Below, one piece after another: positions 37,581 to 53,746 of a DNA stretch of 64,000 nt. This stretch comes from Octopus sinensis. Taxonomy: Eukaryota. The position numbers and the translations under genes were made by a program. Within the stretch, counting starts at the first letter, position 1. The number at the start of each line of letters is the position of its first letter. The stretch spans positions 1,488,001 to 1,552,000 of the forward strand of contig NC_043015.1 of NCBI RefSeq assembly GCF_006345805.1, in the 5' to 3' direction. The notes below the pieces were generated by a model. It was not told the origin of the DNA. It did no database searches and saw nothing but the letters and a program-made list of their open reading frames with translations.

Positions 37581-38197
37581 ACAAACACACACACGTACAC
37601 ATGCAAATATATACCCACACACATATACACACATACAAACACCTACACGCGTAAAAACACAGAGGCACACGCACCTACACATACACATGCACACACACGC
37701 ACACACACACGATATACCCACACACAGACACACAGATACAAACACCTACACGCGTACACGCACGTACACATACACGTGCACACACATACACACGCACACA
37801 CACACACACACACACGATATGCGCACACACAGACACACACAGGCACACAACACACACACGCATACACACACACACACGTGCATACCCATACACACGCACA
37901 CATATATCCATATAGATTTGTGTGCCTGTGTGCATATGTGTATGTGATCTAAAAAAACGTGACCCTTATGGTTTTTAAAATAAATGCCATTTTAGTCTAA
38001 TAAACAAAAAAAAAAAAAAATTTTGTGCGCAAATTTTACCAGTAATCGTAACTTTATTATACAAAACTATTTCTGGAAAATGGAAAATGAGGATGGATTC
38101 AAAGCTGAAGAACATTCTGCATATTGGCTGTATCTCCTACCTATCAGTACAGAAATCATGAACATACTATTTTCAATGGCGTTTGTTTTAATATATA

Positions 38198-38730
38198 TTG
38201 GGTTACCCGGAAAGTTCGTGCCGATTTTTAAAGGAAAGAAAAAGGGCAATAAATACTTGCCATTACATTTTTAATCAACCAAATATAAACCATTTTGTTG
38301 CACAATGCGTCTCCATCTTTCCTTTAACTTGAAAATACCCCCTTCCCAGAATCGAGGGGGTTTCATGAGAAATAATTCATCAAGGTATCTTTTTACGTCA
38401 TCCAAGGAATTGAAATTTTTACCATTAAGACTATTCTGCACAGAATTGAATAAGTGGAAATCCGAAGGAGCAATATCTGGTGAATATGGTGGATGGGATA
38501 ACACATCCCAACCAAGCTGCAGCAATTTTTGTCTGGTTCCCAAAGCATCAAGTGCCTAAAATGAATTTTCTTATCTTCCATTTTAAAGGGTTACAGAATT
38601 AACACAGGTTACAGGAACATAAACCTTCTTCCATGAAAAGATAGCTTAAACTGTGCTCTAAATGGAGGTGTAGTCAAATCCTATTTTATGGACTCAACCA
38701 TATTCTAAAATAAGTCGAAATGTAAATCGG
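38198..38730 (-). mobile_element. Mariner deletion derivative, second copy of the 24782-25327 family
   Basis: Same TTGATGCTTTGGGAACCAGA junction; a 90-codon C-terminal frame stays open (38271-38543, HPPYSPDIAPSDFHLF); one TIR intact after TA at 38196-97. Confidence 0.9.
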
Positions 38731-39919
38731 TTTTGGTTTGACAGAATCAACACGCTTAGCAGCAGTTCTCCTGGAACTTTACTTTCTAAGTTCAAGTCTC
38801 ACCGGGGTTATCTTTGCTTGTCATACCGCAGAGGTCGATAAAAAATGTATCAGTCGGATACTGGCGTCGGTGTAATCGACTAATCCACTATCTCTGAAAT
38901 TGATGACCTTGGACACAAATTTGAAACAATGGCGTTCAGCTGAAAGAATCGCTGCCGCGTCGAGATAAACGCTGAGCAAAATTTTTTCCGACTTGTCCCA
39001 ATTCCTCCGATGTGAACATTATTGTACGACAAGTCTTTCTTTTCTGGGCGTGGGGAGAAGTCCCTAAAATATGTAACACATGAGACCTTGGTTGGATGTA
39101 ATCGACTTCCCTCCTCCATCTAAAATTGCTACCCTTGTGCAACAATAAATCAACCCTCACCACCATCATCATCACCACCTCTATCACCACCACTGCCGCC
39201 GCCGCCGTCATCATCATCATCTTCACAGATTTGAGATTAAAGTTTTTTAAGGGGGAAATAGTCAAGTAATACTCGTCCAAGCTAAAAACGAAGAGAGAAT
39301 ACTTTGACAGGTAGTATATAGAATCTGGAAAGAGCTAATGATGCCCTCAGAAGTTAAGGTCAGAGATCAAATATGACATGCGCTCACTGCAATTTTTATC
39401 TAGCTTACGAATGAGTACCAAAATCAAAGATTATTAAAAGTCGTTCGAAAAAGTATCCACTGATACCCTTTCGTACGACATTAAATAATCAATAGGATTG
39501 CTCTGTCAATGCATATCAAACTGTATCAATTATTGAAAAACTATATCAATGCGTACTAAAAAATTGATATTAATGAGGAGCAAAATCCAACAATGAAGAA
39601 TTAAATTGCTGTTGGGCAGAAAAATGTTCTAATTAATACCAAAAGAAAAAAAAAACAATGACTTTGAAAAGTTGACGAATGTGCAAAGAAAGCTATTTTG
39701 TAACAGATTCTCAATGAATATCAAAAACTACTAAATAAATGCTTACGTGTACCAAGGATGGTCAATGAGTAACGAAAACGTGACAATGTGTACAACAATA
39801 ATCAAAGAAGGAATAAAATTAAACTGAGTCCCAAGAAAGTGCCAATGCATACTAATATGTATACCAGTGAATATAGAAAAATAATTGCGTATCAGAATGT
39901 GTGAGATAATATTTTCCCC

Positions 39920-40510
39920 CCACTTAAACGGAGATGTTCTGTTAGAACAAACTATACTGCGATAGTTACCACGAGAAAATCTCTCGTATTAGATTTGGTT
40001 ACAAAATACACTCTTGTTTAGATCGACAGCGGGGAGATAGGTCGCCACCATTTCCAGCGTTAAGACAACCATATCACGTGGAGTCAACCTTTCTTTAGAT
40101 TGTCAATGATGGAAACCGGACCGTTAGAGGCAGTAGCGATTCATCTCCCCATCAACGTTATATAAAGAATCAGTACCGGGACAGGCGCTGGTGTCGCGAT
40201 AAGCCAATTTGCTTTTTAAAAGATATTTATTAGCGATAGGGGCAGTGTCAGTACCAAGAAGCAATATTTATCCCCACTTGAACGTGGGTGTTCTGTAGGA
40301 ACAAACTTTACTGTGGTAGTTGCCATGAAAATATCTTTAGTACTGAATGTTGGGACAAAATGCACCCTCGTTTATATCGTAACCGATAGATACATCCCCC
40401 GCCATCTCCAGCAACGAGACCATGAGTTCACGTGATATCCACCTTCCTTGGTCTTAGCAATGATGGATGTTAGACCGCTAGAGATTGCAGCAATTCATCA
40501 CGGCATCAAT
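39920..40510 (+). repeat. Ancient diverged direct duplication, period ~354 bp
   Basis: 39920-40157 aligns to 40274-40510 (e.g. CCACTT.AACG...TGTTCTGT..GAACAAACT and CAATGATGGA...ACCG.TAGAG). Confidence 0.75.
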
Positions 40511-40672
40511 AAGAAGCGAAGAAAAAAAATGCTAATTGTATACTGAAATTAGTTTAATCAACTGTTCCTCATTTCATAGTTCGAGAAAATAGCAACCAAA
40601 TGAGCAATGGATGAGAGAATCAATAGGTCGATGAAAAATATATATTTTTGGAATAACCCTTTAGGATAGAAA

Positions 40673-41077
40673 ACAACCTTTTCTACTCTAGGCACAATGC
40701 CCGAAATTTTGGAGGAGGGGCCAGTCGATTAGATCTACCCCAGTACGCAACTGGTACTTAATTTATTGACACCAAAAGGATGAAAGGCAAAGTCAATCTC
40801 GGCGGAATTTGAGCTCAGAACATAAAGACAAAAGAAATACCTGTTTCTTTATTACCCACAAAGGGGTTAAACATAGAGGCGACAAACAAGGACAGACAAA
40901 CGGATTAAGTCGATTATATCGACCTCAGTGCGTAACTGGTATTTATTTATCGACCCCGAAAGGATGAAAGGCAAAGTCGACCTCGATGGAATTTGAACTC
41001 AGAACGTAACGGCAGACCAAATGTGGCTACGCATTTCGCCCGTCGCTCTAACGTTTCTGCCAGCAAGTCGCCTTAGA
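40673..41077 (-). mobile_element. SINE family A dimer with TSD
   Basis: Head, body, spacer, body and tail on the minus strand, flanked by the 10-bp direct repeat AGGATAGAAA (40663-40672 and 41078-41087). Confidence 0.88.
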
Positions 41078-41461
41078 AGGATAGAAATCTTCGAAAGCTG
41101 ACCAGTGTTTTTATACAAATATTTAGGTTACAGTTTCGATTCCTTGCAAGGTCGGTATTTATTTAAGTATCAAAATAACCTCTTACTTTTTGTCAATTGC
41201 CACAGAAGGCGAAATAGGTACCAATCATATTTATTGGGTTATCGAATCAATCAGTCGCCTTTTTTCCGATAATAGAATGGTTAGATTGGTTGATCTAATA
41301 CCAGCTTTAGTTTTCATTGTTGTTGATGTAGTAGAGTGGTGAATGGTGGTGGTGGTGATGGTGGTGGTGGTGAAGTTGGTGCTGATGGTGGCGGTAGGTG
41401 TAATACTGGCAGCAGAATTTGCAGCAGCAACAACTGCAAGAGCAGCAGCAGCAGCAGAAGC

Positions 41462-41498
<37 letters not shown>

Positions 41499-41661
41499 AT
41501 ATCTTAATTAGTCAGCTCTCTGATTGCTTTCGACTAAGCAAGTAATAAAACTAATAACAACAAAAAAATAATATAATATAAAAAAGAAAAAAAACTTTAA
41601 AAAGCCAATAACATAAAACAGCATAAAAAGCAACAACATTAATAATAATGATGACGATAAC

Positions 41662-41692
<31 letters not shown>

Positions 41693-41745
41693 ATACTACT
41701 AATAATAATAATAATAATAATAATAACAACAACAACAGCAACAAC

Positions 41746-41814
<69 letters not shown>

Positions 41815-42307
41815 CAAACAAAATAATGTGGGAAAGAGGGGGAGAAGAGGAGGGAAATATGCCATGAGAATAAGTTGTAGGGAGAGGAGAGAAACGGTGC
41901 CTGGTGTTGCTATTGATGGGATTGCTCTGGGTTTTCTTTTTTATTAAAAACATGGGATATTTTTTATTTATTTATTTTTTTAATTAGTCAAAAACGGTAG
42001 TTTTTGGTGAATAAGCGTGCGTGCGTTTCTGTGTGGAGAAACATGTATATATTTGTGTCTGTGTACGTGTGTGTGTTAGTGTGTGTGTGTGTGCTGGTGC
42101 GTCAGTGTGTGTATGAGAGTGTGTATATACATATGTGTGTGTGTGTGTGTGTGTGTGTGAAGGAGTGTATGCGTTTGTGTGAGTAGGTACTTTGGTGTAT
42201 AAAGCGTTTCACACAACATGTATATCATTTGCATTTTCGTGTGTAGAAGTGTGTATATATATATATATCTGTGTGTGTGTTTGTATGTATGTATGTATGT
42301 ATGTATG

Positions 42308-42341
<34 letters not shown>

Positions 42342-43469
42342 TGTATGTATGTATGTATGTATGCATGTATGTGTGTGTGTGTGAGTGCGCGTTCATTTTG
42401 TATCGTCGTTATATTTTTTAGTATATGAATTGAGTGGGTGTATATACGTGTGCATGTAATTGAAACAACGTGTGTTTACATAGATTTCTGTGTATGTATG
42501 TGTGTGTGTGTGTGTGTGTGCGTTCCTGAATGTATGCATGTGTGTACGTTCGGGTCTATGTGTACATATGTATGGAAACATACATACTTACACACACACA
42601 TTCAAACGTGTTTGCGTGTGTGTGTGTATGTATGTTTTTTGCATGTATGTGTGTGTTTCGTTGGGGTTTTTTACGTATGATTATTTTCATATGCATTATT
42701 GTAGGTCTTCGTATGTGTGCTTGTGCATACATGTTCATATATGAGTGAAATTATCGGTGAGTGAGTGCGTGGGTGGGTACGTTCGTATGTTTGTGTACAT
42801 ACATATGTGTGTGTCTGTGTGTGTGGGTAAGTGTGTGTAGTGGAGCTGGGATAGGGAAGGTGGGGTAGGGGTACGGTTCGTGAAAAAATAATGGAATGGA
42901 GAGATGACTGCAACGATACCTTCTTTAGAAATGTTTACGTCGCTGCAATTTTTTTCCCTTTATTTTCCACATCAGCCAGCCTACCTACCTACCCTCCCTG
43001 CTATTACACACCCACCATCGTTTGAAAAAACGTAAACAAACAAATAAACAAAATCCATGAAGAACATGAAAAGCAAAAAAAAAATCTAAAAACACACAAA
43101 TTCGACGATAAAATGGAAAAAAGTTAAACCGCCATTTTTTTTTTATTTTGTTGCAATGCTGAAGATAATATAATTGCCTCTGTTATATGCTCTCTTTCTT
43201 TCTCTCACTATCAAACCCCTCTCCTAATGGGATGTTGTAACAATCATGCATTTACTAACATCAAATTTGAAATGCAAATCGACTCTGGTAGATACTAATT
43301 TCAGTGTGCCGTTTTTACCGTTGTTTGTTTTAGACATTATGAGGGGCACCATGTATTATACACCAATTAATATTACTATTATTTATAGCTATTGTTTATA
43401 TTTATTGTTTATACGTATTGTTTATACTTATTGTTTATATGTATTGCTTATACGATATCCAACTTTCTA

Positions 43470-44010
43470 TTTTCACCGTCATTGTACTTTGTTAGTTTCC
43501 CGATCTGCTGTCATGCTATGATTTATTCTGAATGGACCAAGATGGTTGTCATAGAACAGACATTCTGTCCTGAGTATGATGAACATGAATGGAAAGTTTG
43601 CTTTGAGTTTCTTGTCGATCTGGACTGGCGTAACTGCGATCATAATAACCAATTCGTTTATCCAGTTTGGTACAATCTTAAGCCAGTTTCCCTTGAGCAC
43701 GTCGATGTTTCGTCATATTGTGCAGTAGCCTTATCTGTTGCCCCAGACCTTGCAAATGATAGGAAGCTTGAAGTCATCTCTTCAACTGTGCTGTTACAGT
43801 ACATAGAAAATATCGCTCTGCATTCGTTATATACACATAATCATTTGCCGCTATGATATCCTTGCCTCTAATGCCTGGCCATTCATATCTGATCTAAGCC
43901 CTATTCTTGATTTCCATTTTCACTATTGAATCTTGCAAATTACAGGTCACTCAATGACCTATACCATGCATCATTGTCTCCACGTTCTTCTGTAGTAAAC
44001 TTTGAAATTC
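43470..44010 (-). mobile_element. Decayed RTE-type LINE apurinic-endonuclease region
   Basis: Ordered minus-strand remnants FKVYY.G...HGIG, ELVIM, .ILV and AD.ET follow the APE motif order (YSG..GVG / L.I.NT / IDYIL / SDH); heavily frameshifted. Confidence 0.45.
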
Positions 44011-44089
44011 TGTTATTTATTTTTAACCGGTTACTGAGCATTTCATGAGTTTCGCTATTAACGATTGCAATTATTATGTTTATATAATA

Positions 44090-44519
44090 CTAGCAGTATA
44101 GCCCGGCGCTAAGCGGATTTGTTTTTTAGTTGCGCATTAAAATGGCAGACTTTGTTTTGACATAGTTTCAATCTTTTTTGAAAAGTAAAACTTTGCATTA
44201 TATAATCTGTTATTCTCTTTAAGTGAACATTTTTCTAGTTGAAATACACCGAAAAATGGCGACACAGCAGTCAAAAAATCGTAAAAAATAGGGATTTTCA
44301 TAGAAAACAAGCACCTTTTTGATGTAAATAATTTTTGGTCTTAACCTCATGGTCCGATTTGAATTTTTTCTTCTACGGAATGAAGAGCAAGCCTTCTTCT
44401 ATCATATTTTCAGTTTTGGTAACTTGCGCCGCAGGGTCTCGGAGGAGATGGAGTTCGTTGAAGGCTACCAAACCTGCGTCACACACACAGACAGACAAAT
44501 TCAGCTTTATGTGTATAGA
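44090..44519 (-). mobile_element. Non-autonomous Helitron (430 bp)
   Basis: Minus strand A|TCTATACAC ... GCGCCGGGCTATACTG-CTAG|T; the terminal ~20 nt are nearly identical to the 21758 copy but the interior differs. Confidence 0.8.
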
Positions 44520-44573
44520 TTTAGTTTAATCGTATCTTTTAGTATTCTAGTATTAATATTTGATGTTTTATTA

Positions 44574-45011
44574 CGGCGACGATCTGCCAGAAACGTTAGC
44601 ACGCCGGGCGAAGTGCTTACTGGTATTTCGTCAGTCGCTACGTTCTGAGTTCAAATTCCGCCGAGGTCGACTTTACCTTTCATCATTTCGGGGTCGATAA
44701 ATTAAGTACTAGTTACGCACTGGGGTCGATGTAATCGACTTAATACCTTTGTCTGTCCTTGTTTGTCCCCTCTATGTTTAGCCCCTTGTGGGTAATAAAG
44801 AAATAAGTATTTCCTCTGTCTTTATGTTCTGAGCTCAAATTCCGCCGAGGTCGACTTTGCCTTTCATTCTTTCGGGGTCGATTAAATAAGTACCAGTTAC
44901 GCACTGGCGTCGATATAATCGACTTAATCCGTTTGTCCTCTCTGTGTTTAGCCCCTTGTGGGTAGTAAAGAAATATGTATTTCGTCTGTCTTTATGTTCT
45001 GAGTTCAAATT
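44574..45011 (+). mobile_element. SINE family A multimer (two full units plus the start of a third)
   Basis: Unit starts at 44623, 44807 and 44977. Confidence 0.88.
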
Positions 45012-45040
45012 ACATTATTTGTCTAAGTAAGAAATGATTA

Positions 45041-45226
45041 TACAGTTCTATATTTAAGAGATGAGGAATTACGTACCTTATTTACATTATTTACAATCGA
45101 CGGATATTTGTCCTCGTCTTGTTTGTTGTTAACACAACGTTACGGCTGATATACTCTCCAGCCTTCTTCAGGTGTCTTGGGAAATTTCGAACCTGGTTTC
45201 TCATCCCTATGGTATTTTTCGATGTA

Positions 45227-45280
<54 letters not shown>

Positions 45281-45436
45281 GTTATTATTATTGTTGTTAT
45301 TGTTGTTGTTGTTATTGTCGTCGTTGTTATCATTGCTGTTGTTGTTAGTATTATCATTTTTGTTCAGATCACTGCTTGGAATCAAACTTGGAATGTTGAG
45401 GTTAGTATCCCGAGCTCTTTATCACTACGCCATATG
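45041..45436 (-). mobile_element. Composite repeat: tRNA-like head, (AAC/AAT)n linker, hammerhead-bearing body
   Basis: A box TGGCGTAGTGA (45432-45422), B box AGTTTGATTCC (45388-45378), linker 45228-45361, body 45041-45227 with a hammerhead fold. That this is a single unit is inferred. Confidence 0.6.
45131..45176 (-). ncRNA. Type I hammerhead ribozyme fold with one core mutation (GAAA to GTAA)
   Basis: Stem I GACAC/GTGTT; CTGAAGA plus A; stem II GGCTG-GAGAGTATAT-CAGCC; GTAA; CG-TT. Confidence 0.6.
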
Positions 45437-45899
45437 TGAAGATATGACTAATTTCAATTTATTTCTAGATGTTAGGGTTAAGTCATCCATAATTTTAAAA
45501 TCTAAGTAGATTGATTGCATCACCGAGTGCCACACGATTGTCAAATACTTGGAATTTGATGAAAAGAGAACGGGGTAACTTAGAGCAGAATTCGCTCAGC
45601 AATGTGGAAACGAAAACCCCCGGGAAGCGAATCAATTCATATACATATATTTGGCATTTTTGAGAACAGAAAATTGTGGAAGACGATTGCTAGCCCTGAC
45701 CGTAAATGCTTTCATACACATGCATATACATGTATGCAAGTGTGTACGTGTGTGCGACTGCATGTATATATCGTTGGGGGGGGGGGAAATACAGGGGGCG
45801 TATATGTCTTCTGATACACCTTGCTTATACGAATGTGATTGTTTGAAGATTACGAAAAGACAAAAGAACCTCAACGGGATATGTTGAAAGAAAAACAAA

Positions 45900-47640
<1,741 letters not shown>

Positions 47641-47760
47641 AAAATACAAGTGTGCTCTTATTCTTCACATTTACATTCTAGTTTTTTTTTTATATTATAT
47701 CGATATTATTAGCACAGAATATTAACAGAAGTATATATATACATATATAATTATATATAT

Positions 47761-47792
<32 letters not shown>

Positions 47793-47804
47793 TATATGCA
47801 TATG

Positions 47805-47856
<52 letters not shown>

Positions 47857-48150
47857 GCAATATATGTGTATCTATGTATTATCTATCAATCATATCTATA
47901 TATATATATTATATATATATATATACATGTAGAAAGATGTATGTACATACAGAAATAGAGAAATAACGATATATATACTCGCAAACCGCACACACACACA
48001 GATACACACACACACCACACACACACACATATATATAATGTGTGATGTTGTGTGTCGTTTGCGAGTATATATATCGTTATTTCTATATTTATACATATAT
48101 ACGTATATTTATATATACGATAGATAGATAGTTAGATAGATGATATATAT

Positions 48151-48218
<68 letters not shown>

Positions 48219-48225
48219 TAGATAG

Positions 48226-48277
<52 letters not shown>

Positions 48278-49027
48278 ATAGATAGATAGGTAAGAGATAC
48301 TCAGTATATTCCACATATGTGTGTGCCTGCGTATACGAATATACGTACATACACACGCACATATATACATATAAATATACGTGTGTGAGTAGGTGCGTAC
48401 ACACACACACACACACACACACGTACACACACACACACACACAAACACACACAGATATATATGAAGTTTCATCCAGGGAAGAAAGGAAGAAGGCAAAGGA
48501 AAAATTAGTTATTCATAAATTTTTTTCTCTTAAAATTTTCCATATCAATTGTTCCAATATTCCTTTCATAATATTTCATAATTTACTGAGATTTTTAAGA
48601 ATATTTACAAGCATTTTACTGTTTTTATTTCTTTAAATGTAGTTAGATTTTAAAATTTATTCTTCGTCTTTGAAGGATTTTTGTATTCCCTTGATAAAAT
48701 CGGATATTATTACTCTTCTACATTTTCCGTTTTATTTTATTATTCATTTTTATTTTGATGTAATTAAACAGCAAACTCTTTTTACAATCTCTAATTTATT
48801 CGGTTTTCTTAGAAGATGTGTTTCTATCTACCACTTCCAAACTCTGCTTCTATCATCGACGCCTTCAGAAATTTTCTATAACTTTATAATCTCTTTTTGC
48901 ATCATTTTCTTTTGTTTATGTTTCCATATATATATATACATGCGCACTTATCTGTCTATGTATCTACTAATATAGATATGACTATGTTTAGACGCCTACT
49001 CACACACACACATATATATGGGTATAT

Positions 49028-49073
<46 letters not shown>

Positions 49074-49834
49074 TGGTATGTATCTATATCTGTACATATA
49101 TATATATATAGGTATATATCTATAAATGTACACATATATCTATATGTATTTATATATATTAAATATTCATATACCCATATAGATATATATGTGTATGTAA
49201 TTATGTATGCGTTGGTATCTGTCCTGACCAGGTGTGAGATTGTTATATTGTCTGTCCCTCCCTATATATATCTACATTATATATATATATATGTATATAT
49301 ACATGTATAAACATGTATTTGTATACATATACATATATATACTTAGCTACATAGATGGATATATACATATATGTATGTGTGCGTATATACATGCTTACGT
49401 ATATGACATATATGTATGTATATATACATATAAATGTATGTATATATGTCTATATCCGTATTTATGTATATATATAGATGTATATATGTATATATATATG
49501 TATATGTATATATATATATTCAGTCTTACAAACCTATATATATATCCATCTATTCATCCATCCATCCATATATACGTACATATATAGGCATATATATAAA
49601 CATGCATGCTTTTTTTGTTGCAACCATAAGGTAACTCGTACATACGAATGCAAGTGACGAATTTCATTTGTTTAATACGTTTTTCACCTTTTCTTTTATT
49701 CATATAGACAATACATTAGACAGAAATTGTGATATAAATTGTATAAATAAATAATTTATTTATCTAAACATACAAAAAATGATATATATATATATACGCT
49801 AACATGCATGCAAGCATACATGTGTGTATATATT

Positions 49835-49873
<39 letters not shown>

Positions 49874-50831
49874 TGTGTGTGTGTGCGCGTGTGTATACAT
49901 AAAGATATAAATACATACATACATAGATATAAACGTTCATGTATGCACACGAAACATTTACACGTACATACATATATACCTACATACACACTTACATACA
50001 CACACATACATGCATACATATATACATACATACATACATACATACATACATCCATACATACATACATACATACTACATACATACGTCCCATCTAAGCTCA
50101 TCGCAGGGAGACATCTTTTCTATGAAAGTACATGATCCTGTATGCAGTCGTCGCTTTAACTTTGTTTTTGATGATTTTTTAAAATAACTTTTGCGCTTCA
50201 AACAATTCGTCAGAAAATATGAAATATTTACTTCCAGCTCCTTGTTAAGATATATAGATAGCTTGTTTATTTATCAGCATGCAATCTGATGTTGAACAAA
50301 CGTCATCTATTTATTCATTTGCATAATATATACAGCAATTTTTAATATCCTAAATTTCAAATATCTAAATTATCAAAGAACCGATCAAGTAAATACAAGG
50401 CCATTTTTATGTCACCGATTAATAATTATTTCATTTAGTAACGACACCAGCAGTTTTAGGTTTTTAGGGAGTGAATCAATCGATATCTTCGATCCTGGTT
50501 CTTACATTATACTTTGTTTTATCCGGCTTGAGACAAAATGATTTTTGAAAATCATTTTTCCCTGACACCCAGTTGAGTCTGTCTATCCAAATTAGAACGA
50601 GTAAAAAGCAAGTCTATGTCCTGACATACAAGTCGAAGGAACAATAATCTGTGATAATATATTTTAATAGCTCCATAGTTGATAAACAGTTTGAGCACTG
50701 ACATAAGAATATTATAATATATAGTGTGATATGTGTACTCTGGGAATAAATTATACTGTAAGACATAGTTAGTGGTCTGTGTCTCTGCTTTCCTCTGTGT
50801 TCTCTCTAAATTTATAATATATATATATAAT

Positions 50832-50863
<32 letters not shown>

Positions 50864-51006
50864 ATATGATTTAAAATTCCTTTTCTGCTACCGTAAAGAT
50901 ATCCCAGACAGTAACACACTTTTTACGTAGAGATCTACTTGTCAAAATTATTAATTATTAATTAATTAATTGTTAATTTATTACTTAATTTTACCCTTTT
51001 ATCATT

Positions 51007-51103
<97 letters not shown>

Positions 51104-51110
51104 TTGTATT

Positions 51111-51146
<36 letters not shown>

Positions 51147-52559
51147 CACTCACTCATACATACATACATGCATATATACGTACATACATACATACATACA
51201 TGCATACATACATACATACATACATACATACATACATACATACATACAACATTACATTGCTAAGCTGGTAGTTCATTGCTCACTTTTAAATTTCAAAAAA
51301 TGAGGGATATCTTGTGGATCGACATGTTTGACATTTGATCCCACCCACATTTGTCAAATTATTTTCCAGGATTACATTAGTCGTCCATTATATACACTAA
51401 ATATATATATGAAGCTTTGTATCAAAGTCAGAAATCAGCAAGTAAATTTCAGAGCCAAACTATGGAATTCATGGAGAACTATTTTTTACATATATTGTTG
51501 TGTCTGAGGAGAGTCATTTTCTTTTTGTGCCTTATAATTTAACACACTCACCGATAAAAATTCCATTTATTTCCTTCTTTATTTTCTTAAAATTTTCGTT
51601 GCGTCTTCCAACCTTTTCAATAGTTTTGTATGGGGGTATGATATCTACAATGTATATTTTCTATTTAGTATTAGGGAAGTTACATTTATGAGGACGTACT
51701 CCTGTATTTGTCTGAGTGTTGGGTCCTTTGGGGGCATGGATAACACGCGGATGTCAAGCTGGCCCAGATTGCCTCCATGTTGGCCCTTTGCATGTTGGTA
51801 GAGTACGGAGGACTGTTTTTTGCCTCACATATAATTACAAATATGTATGCAACTGAGAATAATAAAATAAAATAAAATAGAATAAAGGAAACAGAATGAA
51901 AATTGAGGAATAAGGAAATCTAATCTGAATATGCTTTCATAAATTTGAGACACAAGGTTAGTGATATAAAGTCCTCTTGACATGAGAATTAGTGTAAATA
52001 TCGAATTAGTGAAAGCAGAATGACTAATTTAAATGAACGAGACTTTATTCTATACAGCTTTTGATGTCGTTGTTGTTGATCTTCTTGTGTAGCCCGAAGT
52101 TAACCTCGAACAGTTGCATCTATGAGAACACACACTAAACGCAACAACTTCGTCATTTTAGCTAAAAGCGATGAAGTCAAGTATACGTTATCGAATATGT
52201 TCTGTCCTTAAGACGAAGGGCTCTGTTTTCATGTACATTAAACTGTTATTCCTACGACGTCCAACTGCAGTGTTGCAGTTCACTCGAAAGAACTTCAACT
52301 AATTATTAGCGTGGAAATATGGAATTCTTTAATGAAACAGGTGCAATATGATGATGCACAAAGATTATTTTAGAGGTTTCTTTCGTATTGGAGATAAAAA
52401 ATATTTTGTTCGTATGGCTGGATTCAGCGTTCGAATTCCGTTAAATTTGTACAATATCTAACTCTCAGTTTTTTCATTTTTATTATTTTGAATCGATCCG
52501 TCGATCTTGCTTAATACTCCATAAAACGTTTTACTTCGAAGAAAATATACGTGATAGGA

Positions 52560-52990
52560 AAAGAAGAAGTAGAAGAAGAAGAAGAAGAAGAAGAAGAAGA
52601 AGAAGAAGAAGAAGAAGAAGATGATGATGATGATGACGACCAAGATAATGATGATGATGATGATGAGGCTGATGGTGACAGTGACAATGACGATCAAAAA
52701 GATGATGTTGATTACGACGATGATGATGACGATGAAGAGGAGACAGAGGAAGAGAAGGGGAGGAGGAGAGGAGAAAAAGAAGAAGAAGACGAAGAAGAAG
52801 AAGGAGAAGAAGAAGATGGAGAAAAAGATGATGGAGAAGATGTTGATGATGATGATGATTATTATGATGATGATGATGATGACGACGTTGATGATGACGA
52901 CCATGATGACGACCATAATGATGATGATGACAATGACGATTACGATTAAAACGATGATGCTGACAACGACGACGATGATGATAATGAAGG
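52560..52990. repeat. (GAA)/(GAT) low-complexity tract
   Basis: Directly visible; source of the poly-E/D and poly-M ORFs. Confidence 0.9.
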
Positions 52991-53690
52991 GGAGGAGTAT
53001 TATTGGGTAGGAAATTAAGACAGATTATGTTGAAACCGTATAAATGATTTCAAACAATCCTTCAATGAAAAGTAACGAAATCATCACAACGTAGCAAAGA
53101 TCCTTATTTTGGGGGGCTTTCTTTTTTCTTTTTAACTGGGCGAGGATGACTGTGTAAACAAAACGTTATATAATATCATAGGGATCAGATTCTATCACGA
53201 ATTTACATATTTATAGGAAATATTATCATGTGCACCACAAAAACCAACACCAACATAACCATCATCATCATCATCAATATTAACCAAAATTTGCAGCAAA
53301 TTAATTTTTCATTAAAGAGCTTAATTCTTTGTTTGCAAAATATACACCTTTTCAGAAATAAACTCGTTGTTTTTGTTGTATTTCTTCCTCTTCTACTACT
53401 TCCTCTTCTGTTTCGCCCTTTCTTCTACTTAATAAGCTTGTATGTATGTATGTATGTATGTATGTATGTATGTATGTATGTATGTATGTATGTATGTATA
53501 AATGTATGTATGTGTGTATGAATGTATGTATGTATGCAACTATATATGTATTTCAATGCAGGTTATATATATATGCCGTGTTTATAATTTATACATATAC
53601 AAATGTGCTTATACAGGGATAGATATATATACATACATATGTATATAATATATATATATATATAATATATATATAATATATATATAGATA

Positions 53691-53746
<56 letters not shown>

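Noticed and set aside
51690-51830. GC-rich island as an exon or Tc1 fragment (PPYS...EAIW)
   Set aside because: Similarity to the WPPxSPDLNPIENxW motif is too weak and no splice signals are evident.
52551-53010. Acidic poly-E/D ORF resembling a nucleolin-like tract
   Set aside because: (GAA)/(GAT) repeat with no flanking complex coding sequence or splice evidence.
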